Shown: positions 56,064 through 64,000 of the stretch, in pieces
Layout: every line of letters starts with the position of its first letter
Position numbering within the stretch: position 1 is the first letter of the stretch
Assembly (NCBI GenBank): GCA_964551725.1
Contig: CAZKED010000003.1
Coordinates: 27,002-91,001, forward strand
Direction of reading: 5' to 3'
DNA from: an uncultured archaeon
GTDB taxonomy: Archaea; Iainarchaeota; Iainarchaeia; Iainarchaeales; DTGL01
Length of the DNA stretch: 64,000 bases
Notes under the pieces: model-generated
Databases searched by the model: none
What the model saw: only the letters and a program-made list of their open reading frames with translations
What the model was told of the DNA's origin: nothing
Program-made: the position numbers and the translations under genes

Positions 56064-57653
56064 TCAAAAGCCCTGCTGTATGGTGCGCACGATGTTTTTC
56101 GCGTGGTCGCTTATCCTTTCAAGGTTCACTATCGCCTCCACAAAAAGGACATCGGAACTCTTCGCCGACCTAAAGCGCGCGTTTTCGTATTTTTCCTGCA
56201 GCGAATCAAGCTTTCTCTCGTTCTCTATCACTCTGTCGAACAGCCCGTCGCCGCGCTTCTTCATTGCTTTTACGCTCGCGGAGAACGCCTCCGCGGCAAG
56301 GGAGAAATACTCCTCCAAATCGCGGAACTCTTTCTTCGGGAAAGAGATTTTCATCTTTTTCTTTTTCTGCGCAAGTTCGAACAAATTGTTCGCGTGGTCT
56401 CCCACGCGCTCAATGTCTATTACGTGCCCTTTGAGTTCCGCAACCTCGCGCTTGTCGCGGGGGGAAAGAGGGTATTTTTCCAGTCCCTTCAGGAAAAAGA
56501 AAAGCTTTTCCTTTATTTCGTCCACTGTGTCCTCTTTTTCGGGAAGTTCCCGTGCGCCTTTCAGGTTTCCCTTGAGTAATGCTCTTTCCGAGAGGGAAAC
56601 CATTTCCACTGCAATGCCTGCCATTCTCTCTACTTCCTTCCTGCACTGCCCGACCGCAATTGACGGCACGACCAAAAGGCTTTCGTTCACGTATTTCAGC
56701 CCTGTTTCAAATTTTGGCTCAGAGCCCTTTATCAGTTTTTTTGAAATTAGCACCAATGCTCCGGAGAGGGGGAGCATTACTGCTGTGACAATAATGTTGA
56801 ATGCGCTGTGGGCGTTGGCTATCTGCCTTGGCAGTTCCGTGCTAGTTGTCGCAATCCAGCCAGCAAAAGGGATAATAAAGGGAAGGAACAAAAGAACGCC
56901 TAAAACGTTCACCAGCAGCTGCACGAGCGCCAGGCGCTTGCTTGAAATTCTGGAACCAATGGATGCAATCTGCGCTGTAATCGTAGTGCCTATGTTCGCG
57001 CCGAAAATCAGCGAGATTGCCGCCGGCAGCGTTATTACGCCGGAGGAGCCCATTGCTATAACAAGACCCGTAGTCGCGGAGGAACTCTGCACTATTCCCG
57101 TGAACACTGCTCCCGCCAAGACCCCGAGCAATGGATTGACTGCAAAAGATGAAAGCATTTCAGCAAAAAAGGGATCCTGCTTTAAGGGTGAAACGCCCGC
57201 GCTCATTGTTGTCATTCCGAGGAAAATCAAGCCGAAGCCGAAAATTATTTCCCCTGCATGGCGCGTTCTGCGGCTCTTGCTGAAAAAGGAAATAAAGAAG
57301 CCGAGGGCGAGCATCGGGAGGAAGAGCATGCCTACATTGAAGGCGATTATTTGGGCTGTGATTGTTGTTCCTATCTCCGCCCCTAACATTACCCATACTG
57401 CCTGCTGCAGCCCGATGAGGCCGGCGTTGAGGAATCCTATAAGGGTGACCATTGTCATTGAAGAGCTTTGAATTATTGCCGTTGTGAGGGCGCCCACGCC
57501 GGCTGAACGGAAGCGGTCTTTTGTTAGTCTTTCTATGAGCGCTTTTAGTTTTTCCCCCGCGACCTTCTTGAGCGCGCTTGAGAGGAATTTCAAGCCGAAA
57601 AGGAATACCGCGAGACCGCCGAAAATAGAGAAAAAGGTTGAAATGTAATCCAT
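56064..57653 (-). CDS. Na/Pi cotransporter with PhoU domains
   Basis: QSSS twice, GAEIGTT and GANIGTT, ERVGDH and ERISDH. Confidence 0.93.
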   Translation of the reverse strand: MDYISTFFSIFGGLAVFLFGLKFLSSALKKVAGEKLKALIERLTKDRFRSAGVGALTTAIIQSSSMTMVTLIGFLNAGLIGLQQAVWVMLGAEIGTTITAQIIAFNVGMLFLPMLALGFFISFFSKSRRTRHAGEIIFGFGLIFLGMTTMSAGVSPLKQDPFFAEMLSSFAVNPLLGVLAGAVFTGIVQSSSATTGLVIAMGSSGVITLPAAISLIFGANIGTTITAQIASIGSRISSKRLALVQLLVNVLGVLLFLPFIIPFAGWIATTSTELPRQIANAHSAFNIIVTAVMLPLSGALVLISKKLIKGSEPKFETGLKYVNESLLVVPSIAVGQCRKEVERMAGIAVEMVSLSERALLKGNLKGARELPEKEDTVDEIKEKLFFFLKGLEKYPLSPRDKREVAELKGHVIDIERVGDHANNLFELAQKKKKMKISFPKKEFRDLEEYFSLAAEAFSASVKAMKKRGDGLFDRVIENERKLDSLQEKYENARFRSAKSSDVLFVEAIVNLERISDHAKNIVRTIQQGF

Positions 57654-57706
57654 GAAATAGTTGGAATACTTTGTTTTAAAAGTTTAATTGGTGTATTCTT
57701 ATAACT

Positions 57707-57994
57707 ATGCCTGCACTGGAAAGCTATGTGAGGGCGGCGCGCCACAGCGGGGCAAGAACACAGCAGAAAATTGTTTACAGGAAGCCAGAGCCGCGGTTTG
57801 TTGACGCTTCCGTGCGGAGCAGAGAAATAAAAGAGGAAAAAGAACAGGGCGGAGCCGGGGAAGACTGGGAGAAGTGCGCGCATTTGAAGGTTTCGGGCGG
57901 GAAACATTCGTGCAAAAAATTCTTCTGCCCCTGCGCAAAAGACAACTGCAGCAAGAGGCACATCGAATTGTGTGAAGAACCCGCAGAAAAATAA
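57707..57994 (+). CDS. Hypothetical Cys/His metal-binding protein
   Basis: CAH..CKKFFCPC..C; TATA tttaaaa about 25 nt upstream. Confidence 0.6.
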   Translation: MPALESYVRAARHSGARTQQKIVYRKPEPRFVDASVRSREIKEEKEQGGAGEDWEKCAHLKVSGGKHSCKKFFCPCAKDNCSKRHIELCEEPAEK

Positions 57995-58015
57995 TTTTCA
58001 TAATTTTTCTTTTTT

Positions 58016-58504
58016 TTAATTGGGCTTTTTTTCCTGGACTGCCTCTCTGGGAATTGCTTTTTTCCCTATTTTCTGCTCCAGTGCCTCGAGTTCTTCCTGC
58101 AGGAGCCTTATTTCCTCGTTTAATTCCTGCAGTTCGGCGTGCTGGGGCTGGTTCATTAAAGCGCTTTTTATTTCGAGCAATTCGCGCTGAATCAGCTTTA
58201 TTTCCTTTTCCGCTTTCCTGTCAATGTAATAATCGCGCTGGGAGCGCTTCCTGTCGATTTCCATTTCCCTGTTCTGGCTCATGAGGATTATGGGAGCCTG
58301 CATGGCGGCAAGGCAGGAAAGCATTAAATTGAGGAGGATGAAGGGATAGGGATCCCAGGTACCGAAAAGGATTATGTGCGTGTTGATTGCCATCCACGCT
58401 ATAAGGAAAACCGAGAGAAGGAGAATGAATGTCCAGGAGCCCGCCCATTTCGTGATGAAATCCGCTGCCTTCTGCCCTATATTGCGCGTGTCTTTTGCCG
58501 GCAT
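58016..58504 (-). CDS. DUF1003 membrane protein
   Basis: GSWTFI, DPYPFILLNL, QAPIILMSQNR. Confidence 0.93.
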   Translation of the reverse strand: MPAKDTRNIGQKAADFITKWAGSWTFILLLSVFLIAWMAINTHIILFGTWDPYPFILLNLMLSCLAAMQAPIILMSQNREMEIDRKRSQRDYYIDRKAEKEIKLIQRELLEIKSALMNQPQHAELQELNEEIRLLQEELEALEQKIGKKAIPREAVQEKKPN

Positions 58505-58593
58505 GAAAAGAGTATGCTTGCGGCTTTAAAAAACTTTTCGGTTTCCCCGCGCGGTGCGCGAAGTTTTTAAACCGTTCCGGGCAATGTTTTCTT

Positions 58594-59109
58594 ATGGAAT
58601 CACAGCTTACGGCGTTCGCGCTCGGGCTTTTTGCCCTTGCAATGCTCTTTTTTGATGTAAGGGAAAAAAAGGCAAGACCTCTGTGGATTCTGCTTGTGCC
58701 TGCGGCTGTTTTTTTCGCTACTCTCGTGCTGGTGAGGGATGAATTCTTTGCCTCCTTTTTTTCCCTGGCAGCGCTTTCCTTTGCTTTCGGTCTCGGGCTT
58801 TACTTCGGCATGGGGCGGGGAAAGCTCACCAAAGTGGAAAAAAACGAGAAAGGCGAAATTATTGCAAGGGGCTCGGTTTTCTATGTTGTTTTCTGGTTCG
58901 CGGTGCTGGTGGTGAAAGCGAGTGCTGTTGACTTTTTACAGCAAAACAGGCATGTTTCTTCCGCGCTTCTCGCCTCAATCCTCCTGCTTTTCGCCTGCGG
59001 CTCGCTTTTGGGCAAGAATTACGAGGTTTTGAGAAAATACCTCGGGGCGAGGAAAGCGCCTGCTCCAGCGGAAGAGCCGGCTGAGCAGAAAAAAGAGGGG
59101 GAAAACTGA
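58594..59109 (+). CDS. CcdC/DUF1453-like membrane protein
   Basis: LWILLVP, G..RGKLTKV..GS pattern. Confidence 0.65.
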   Translation: MESQLTAFALGLFALAMLFFDVREKKARPLWILLVPAAVFFATLVLVRDEFFASFFSLAALSFAFGLGLYFGMGRGKLTKVEKNEKGEIIARGSVFYVVFWFAVLVVKASAVDFLQQNRHVSSALLASILLLFACGSLLGKNYEVLRKYLGARKAPAPAEEPAEQKKEGEN

Positions 59110-59110
59110 A

Positions 59111-59407
59111 ATGGAACGCGCCAAAATGAACTTCTGGATTGACGCGGCAATGCTTGCAGCGTTCATTGCCGTTGCCTACACCGGATTCATGCTCTGGTTT
59201 TTCATTCCTGGGGGCTACCAAGGCGGCAGGAATGCCTCTTATGCAACCGAAAACCTGTTCGTGAACAGGCAGTTTAACACCGCATTGCATGACTGGAGCG
59301 GGCTGGCGCTTACAATAGCAATTGCCCTGCACCTGGCGCTGCATTTTTCATGGGTTAAGGGCATGGCAACGGGCTTTTTTAGGCAAAAAAGGAAAAAACC
59401 TCGCTGA
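59111..59407 (+). CDS. DUF4405 (cytochrome b-like) membrane protein
   Basis: NFWID..TG, LHDWSG..LHLALHFSW. Confidence 0.85.
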   Translation: MERAKMNFWIDAAMLAAFIAVAYTGFMLWFFIPGGYQGGRNASYATENLFVNRQFNTALHDWSGLALTIAIALHLALHFSWVKGMATGFFRQKRKKPR

Positions 59408-59459
59408 AGCAGCCGTTACCGCAGAAAGGATTAAATATCACTTTTCACTTATAATAGGC

Positions 59460-62006
59460 ATGCCTTCTTCAAGACTCTTCCGGGGGAACAGAATCCTTTA
59501 TTTTTTGGCTGCCGTGGTTATGGCTTCCGTGTTCTGTTCCTGTGCTCTCGCCCAAGAATACCAGGGGGAGGAATACGCTGACGATTACCAATACGATTAT
59601 GGTTCCGGGACTGGTCAGGGTTACGGGGGAGGCGGTCAAGCGGTAAGCGCTGTAACGGCGTTTGAAGGCAGGATTGGCGTAGAGGAAATGATGGGAAAAG
59701 CCGTAATGCTGCCGCCAATGTTTCCCGAGCACATGCCGATTGAGGAAATGGTAATGCAGAAAATAGGCGAAAAGATTTTCGGGGAATACTCAATGCCGGA
59801 CATCGTGCAAATGTGCCCAGACGAGGACGCAATAATGGACAAATTGATGGCGGAAATTGATGCAAGCGAGCTTGAAAGGGCATGCGACCCGCTGGAGGAG
59901 GAACTCAAAAGGTGCGAGGAGTCGAAGGAGTTCTGCGAGGAAATGGAGTTCGGTCCGGAATACGCTCCAATGCCCTTTCCGACAGAGCCCGGAGAAGAGC
60001 AGGAATTCAAAATTACGTGCCCGCCGCAGATCGACGAACTCGTTGAACTGTGCGTTGAAAAAACCATAGAGGAAGAGCGCAGGTTCCTCGAGGAAGAAAA
60101 GGACGAAATGGAAATCGACTGCGAAATAGAGTGGGAAAGGGAAAAATTCCACTTCGAGAGAATGTGCGAGGAATACAAAGAAGAACAGGAACGCGGTGAA
60201 CGGGACGAATGGGAAGAGCCAGGCGAGTACTGCGACTGGGATGAGGTTGAAAGGCAGAGGCAAAAATGCAGGAATGCGGGAATGGATTTCCGCGAGCACA
60301 GGACGCCTGACGGCTGCGTAAACATCGAATGCGTTTCCGCGGGCGGGCAATGGGGACAGGAATGCCCCGACAGGGAAGAACTTGACAGGAAGATAAAAGA
60401 ATGCGAAAACAGCGGGCAGGAGTGGAGAGAAGAAATTGACAGAAGCGGCTGCCCCTACATTGTATGCGAATGGGTGGCGGAACCATCAGAATGCCCCAGC
60501 GAAGAGGAAATACGGGCAGAAGAAATCGAATGCTCAAATGCCGGCGGAACGCCTGTAAGGGAGACGGACAGCAAGGGCTGCGGATACGTGAAGTGCGAGT
60601 ATGCAGAGCCGACACCAGAACCCACGCCGGAACCAAGCCCGACACAAACACCACAGGAAAGCCCCACACCCGAAACAACACCGGAGCAAACCCCGACACC
60701 AACGCCCACGCCGAGCCCAACGCAAACACCAGAGGAAAGCCCCACACCCGAGCCCACTCCAGAGCCAACGCCAGAACCAACACCCGAGCCCACTCCAGAG
60801 CCGACGCCAGAACCAACACCGGAACCCACCCCGGAGCCGACGCCCGAGCCCTCGCCGGAGAACGGGATGCCCACCGGGCAGGTGGCAATGGGGATAGTTG
60901 TCAAGTCAGAAAAAAAGACCGATTCCGGAGGCATGGGAGAAAAGAATTTCAGGGACGACAGGGGCATTTACTGCGACAAGGAAAGGTACATAAAGGAGTG
61001 CGCGGAGGAAAGAAGGGAGAAAATGGCGAAAGAGTTTGAAACGAGGGATTACACCAGAATATGCGAGCTTGAAATGAAGAGAAGCATGCGCCACCTGGAG
61101 AGGTTCTGCGAGGAAAAAGAGCGCGGGAAAGAGGAATGCCTCAAACAGACGGAAAAGGGCTGCAGCGTAATCGAGGAAACGCTTGAAGAATGCAAGAAAG
61201 TCGTGCAGGAAGCGAGGTTTGCGGACACCATAAGAAAAAAAATCCACGAAATGTGCAGGTTTTCACCGTACAGGGTGCAGGTGGAAATGAGGTCACTGGA
61301 TGAACTGGAGACAGGCGAGGTCGTGCCAGTAATCGTTTCCACGAGCGACACAATTACTGCAGTAGAAGAAGCGGAACTGAGGAGACTGGGCGAAGTGCAG
61401 GGGTATAACACAATTTCGGGAATGAGGATTTATTCCATAAGGGTGAATGCTTCCAATACCGCGGAACTCAAAAAACTGCCCTTTGCCCTCGACGTCAAGT
61501 TTGACCACCTGGCAAGAGTGCTCGAAGTACAGCAGGGGAAAATAGTGCAAAAAACGAAAGCGGAACAGGGAATAATAAAGACAATTTCAGTTCTTGACGC
61601 TGCCGAAACAGAAGTGGCAGACCAGTACAGGGACTGGGTTTCCGCGGAAAAGCTCAGGCTTGCGGACGTGTCAGATGAACTTGAAGAGATTAATCTGTCG
61701 GAGCAGGAAAAGGACATAATCTACCAATTAACGATGCTCATCGGAATGCAGAGGGAGAAAGAATCAGAGGAAGCCCAGAGACTCAAGGAACAGGCAGAAA
61801 AGCTGGACGAAACAATTGCATCACTTTCAGCCATTGCAGAGGAAGTGGAAGACCCGGTAGTGCAGTCAAACCTGCTTGAGAGAATAAAAGACCTGCAGCA
61901 GCAAAAGCAGGAACTGACCAATTCAAGCACGGCAAAGAACAATGCAGCAAACGGGATACTGGGAATAATTCTGGGATTGTTCGGGGGCGGAGCTCCGGCA
62001 CAGTGA
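59460..62006 (+). CDS. Large secreted Cys/Glu-rich protein with PT linker, propeptide-like domain and coiled coil
   Basis: Signal after ATG 59460; three 4-Cys repeats; (PTPE)n; C-terminal heptads and hydrophobic tail. Confidence 0.8.
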   Translation: MPSSRLFRGNRILYFLAAVVMASVFCSCALAQEYQGEEYADDYQYDYGSGTGQGYGGGGQAVSAVTAFEGRIGVEEMMGKAVMLPPMFPEHMPIEEMVMQKIGEKIFGEYSMPDIVQMCPDEDAIMDKLMAEIDASELERACDPLEEELKRCEESKEFCEEMEFGPEYAPMPFPTEPGEEQEFKITCPPQIDELVELCVEKTIEEERRFLEEEKDEMEIDCEIEWEREKFHFERMCEEYKEEQERGERDEWEEPGEYCDWDEVERQRQKCRNAGMDFREHRTPDGCVNIECVSAGGQWGQECPDREELDRKIKECENSGQEWREEIDRSGCPYIVCEWVAEPSECPSEEEIRAEEIECSNAGGTPVRETDSKGCGYVKCEYAEPTPEPTPEPSPTQTPQESPTPETTPEQTPTPTPTPSPTQTPEESPTPEPTPEPTPEPTPEPTPEPTPEPTPEPTPEPTPEPSPENGMPTGQVAMGIVVKSEKKTDSGGMGEKNFRDDRGIYCDKERYIKECAEERREKMAKEFETRDYTRICELEMKRSMRHLERFCEEKERGKEECLKQTEKGCSVIEETLEECKKVVQEARFADTIRKKIHEMCRFSPYRVQVEMRSLDELETGEVVPVIVSTSDTITAVEEAELRRLGEVQGYNTISGMRIYSIRVNASNTAELKKLPFALDVKFDHLARVLEVQQGKIVQKTKAEQGIIKTISVLDAAETEVADQYRDWVSAEKLRLADVSDELEEINLSEQEKDIIYQLTMLIGMQREKESEEAQRLKEQAEKLDETIASLSAIAEEVEDPVVQSNLLERIKDLQQQKQELTNSSTAKNNAANGILGIILGLFGGGAPAQ
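60606..60860 (+). repeat. PTPE/PTQT linker repeat
   Basis: Degenerate 12-bp units encoding EPTP. Confidence 0.92.
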
Positions 62007-62077
62007 ACGCCAAAAAAGCCTTCACTTTTTAAATTTTCCCTTCCAGATTGTTGCAACAATTTTCAGAAGGGCTTTTT

Positions 62078-63388
62078 TTGAGGAAGAAAGTAATAATCAT
62101 GGGCGCCGCGGGAAGGGACTTCCACAACTTCAACACATTCTTCCGGGACAACGAAGAATTCGAGGTTGTTGCCTTCACCGCAACGCAGATTCCTTACATT
62201 GAGGAAAGAAAATACCCCGCAGAACTGGCGGGAAACCTTTACCCGAAAGGAATTCCCATAGAACCCGAGGAAAACCTGGGGAAGCTTATAAAAGAATACA
62301 ACGCGGAAATAGTCGTTTTTTCCTATTCCGACGTGACCTACAACTATGTGATGCGAAAGAGCGCTTTTGTGAATGCCCGGGGAGCGGACTTCTGGCTGCT
62401 CGGCGCCGAGCACACCATGATCAAATCAGAAAAGCCCCTTATCGCTGTCTGCGCGGTGCGGACCGGCTGCGGGAAAAGCCAGACCACGCGCAGAGTCTGC
62501 GAAATTCTCAAGAATGCCGGGAAAAAGGTTGCGGTGATAAGGCATCCAATGCCCTACGGGGACCTGGCGGAACAGGCAGTTCAGAAGTTCGAAACACTGG
62601 AAGACCTGGCAAGGCACAAGTGCACTATAGAGGAAATGGAGGAGTACGAGCCGCACATTTCCCGAGGGAACATCCTTTTCGCAGGCGTTGACTACGGAAA
62701 AATACTGGAGGAAGCGGAAAAGTCCGCGGATGTAATCGTGTGGGACGGCGGCAACAACGACTATTCCTTCTACCGCGCTGACCTATACATAACAGTAGCC
62801 GACCCCCACCGAACAGGGCACGAAAAAGCATACTACCCAAGCGGCGTAAACATCGAACTCGCGGACGTGTTCGTAATAAACAAGGAGGATTCCGCGGAAA
62901 AAGGGAAAATCGAGGAACTTGAAAAAAGCCTCCGCTCTGTGAACCCACGCGCGAAAATAGTGCACGCCGATTCCCCCATAACAGTGCAGGACGAGAGCGT
63001 GATAAGGGGAAAGCGCGTTCTCGTGATAGAAGACGGCCCTACGCTGACGCACGGCGGAATGAAATACGGCGCGGGAATAGTTGCGGCGGAAAAGCACGGT
63101 GCAGCGGAAATCGTTGACCCGAGACCCTTCCTGAAGGGAGAACTGAAGAAAACCTTCGCGCATTACCCGGAAATAGGAACGCTGCTGCCGGCGATGGGCT
63201 ATTCGGGCAAACAGGTGAAAGACCTGGGGGAAACAATCAACGCTTGCGACTGCGATTCCGTCGTTGTCGCCACGCCTATCGACCTTGCGAGGGTTGTTAA
63301 AATAGAAAAGCCCTTCACGCGCGTTACATACGAACTGAAGGAGAAAACCTCGCCGGGGTTAAAGGAAGCGATCGAAGGAATTCTGTGA
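62078..63388 (+). CDS. COG2403 P-loop NTPase (cyclic 2,3-diphosphoglycerate synthetase-like family)
   Basis: GAAGRDFHNFN, RTGCGKS, RHPMPYG, WDGGNND, EDGPT; start uncertain. Confidence 0.85.
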   Translation: MRKKVIIMGAAGRDFHNFNTFFRDNEEFEVVAFTATQIPYIEERKYPAELAGNLYPKGIPIEPEENLGKLIKEYNAEIVVFSYSDVTYNYVMRKSAFVNARGADFWLLGAEHTMIKSEKPLIAVCAVRTGCGKSQTTRRVCEILKNAGKKVAVIRHPMPYGDLAEQAVQKFETLEDLARHKCTIEEMEEYEPHISRGNILFAGVDYGKILEEAEKSADVIVWDGGNNDYSFYRADLYITVADPHRTGHEKAYYPSGVNIELADVFVINKEDSAEKGKIEELEKSLRSVNPRAKIVHADSPITVQDESVIRGKRVLVIEDGPTLTHGGMKYGAGIVAAEKHGAAEIVDPRPFLKGELKKTFAHYPEIGTLLPAMGYSGKQVKDLGETINACDCDSVVVATPIDLARVVKIEKPFTRVTYELKEKTSPGLKEAIEGIL

Positions 63389-63467
63389 CAACGCGGGTTA
63401 CCTTCTCCTTTAATAATTTACCCTCCCCCTATTTACTTGTTTCTTCCGCTTATTTCAGGTGAGCCCG

Positions 63468-64000
63468 ATGGAAGAAAAAAAGAAGCTTTCCCTAATCAGG
63501 AGAATTTCCTCCTTCAATCCCAGCCAGCTAGCCATATATCTGTCCAAGCAGGCACCGCAGCTGAGGCTCGCTGCCGCGAGAATGCTTTCAAGGAAAATGT
63601 TCGGCAAAGCACTGCTCGAAATGGAGGAAGAGCAGGGAAAGAAATTCCTCGAAGGAATTCCGGATAAGGAAATAGCGGCAATAATTTCACGGCTCAAGTC
63701 CGACGATGCAGCCGACATCGTGCTGCTCCTTGAAAAGAAAAGAACGCGTAGCGTATTGAGACTCGTTAAAAAGAAAAAACTCGAAAAGATAAGACCTTTG
63801 CTCAAATTCGAGGAGGAAACCGCCGGTGCGCTGATGCAAACCGAGTTCATTTCCGTTAAGCAGGGCAGCACCGTGGCGGAAGCGACCGAAAAAATAAGGG
63901 AAAGCGAGGCAGGGGAGAACCTGCATTATGTTTTTGCCGTTGTCAAGAAGGGGCGCATTGCGGGCGTTGTTTCACTGAGAAAACTCGTCCTCTCAAAGCC
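63468..64000 (+). CDS. mgtE: MgtE magnesium transporter, N-terminal and CBS part (truncated by window end)
   Basis: SDDAADIV..LLKFEEETAGALMQTEFISV..TVAEA..GVVSLRKL. Confidence 0.88.
   Translation, partial: MEEKKKLSLIRRISSFNPSQLAIYLSKQAPQLRLAAARMLSRKMFGKALLEMEEEQGKKFLEGIPDKEIAAIISRLKSDDAADIVLLLEKKRTRSVLRLVKKKKLEKIRPLLKFEEETAGALMQTEFISVKQGSTVAEATEKIRESEAGENLHYVFAVVKKGRIAGVVSLRKLVLSK

Noticed and set aside
55990-57471. 493-aa plus-strand ORF
   Set aside because: Antisense shadow of the well-supported Na/Pi cotransporter; no motifs
60870-60887. PTGQVA and similar TG motifs after linkers as a processing signal
   Set aside because: Too short, and too few instances here to distinguish from chance
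62078-63388. Calling this true CpgS and inferring cDPG synthesis or thermophily
   Set aside because: Has the RDFHNFN-type N-terminus rather than the DGEHY motif I recall for validated CpgS; no phosphoglycerate kinase nearby

Overview
Gene-dense 64 kb archaeal chromosome segment. Archaeal markers are TATA/BRE promoters, four intron-less tRNAs without encoded CCA, a class III pilin, a tetraether-synthase-family radical SAM enzyme and a single-OB SSB. Gene style suggests a DPANN lineage such as Iainarchaeota/Diapherotrites (inference). Main blocks: (1) thiol/Fe-S redox cluster (glutaredoxin, ferredoxin, SufT, rubredoxin, FTR); (2) tRNA region with two Zn-ribbon paralogs each converging on a tRNA 3' end, plus Tes; (3) a 15-41 kb amino-acid/acyl-CoA island (VOR-type and IOR oxidoreductases, two aminotransferases, three AMP-forming CoA ligases, ACD-GNAT/Pat, permease), interrupted by a 1507-aa secreted zinc protease and its partner; (4) several small regulator operons with directly visible phased or palindromic operators; (5) transporters and large Cys-rich surface proteins. 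Small genes missed by the ORF track include a 48-aa rubredoxin and a 31-aa peptide with 19 Lys. No CRISPR array, rRNA, integrase or transposase was seen. All product calls come from motif recognition by eye, not database searches.
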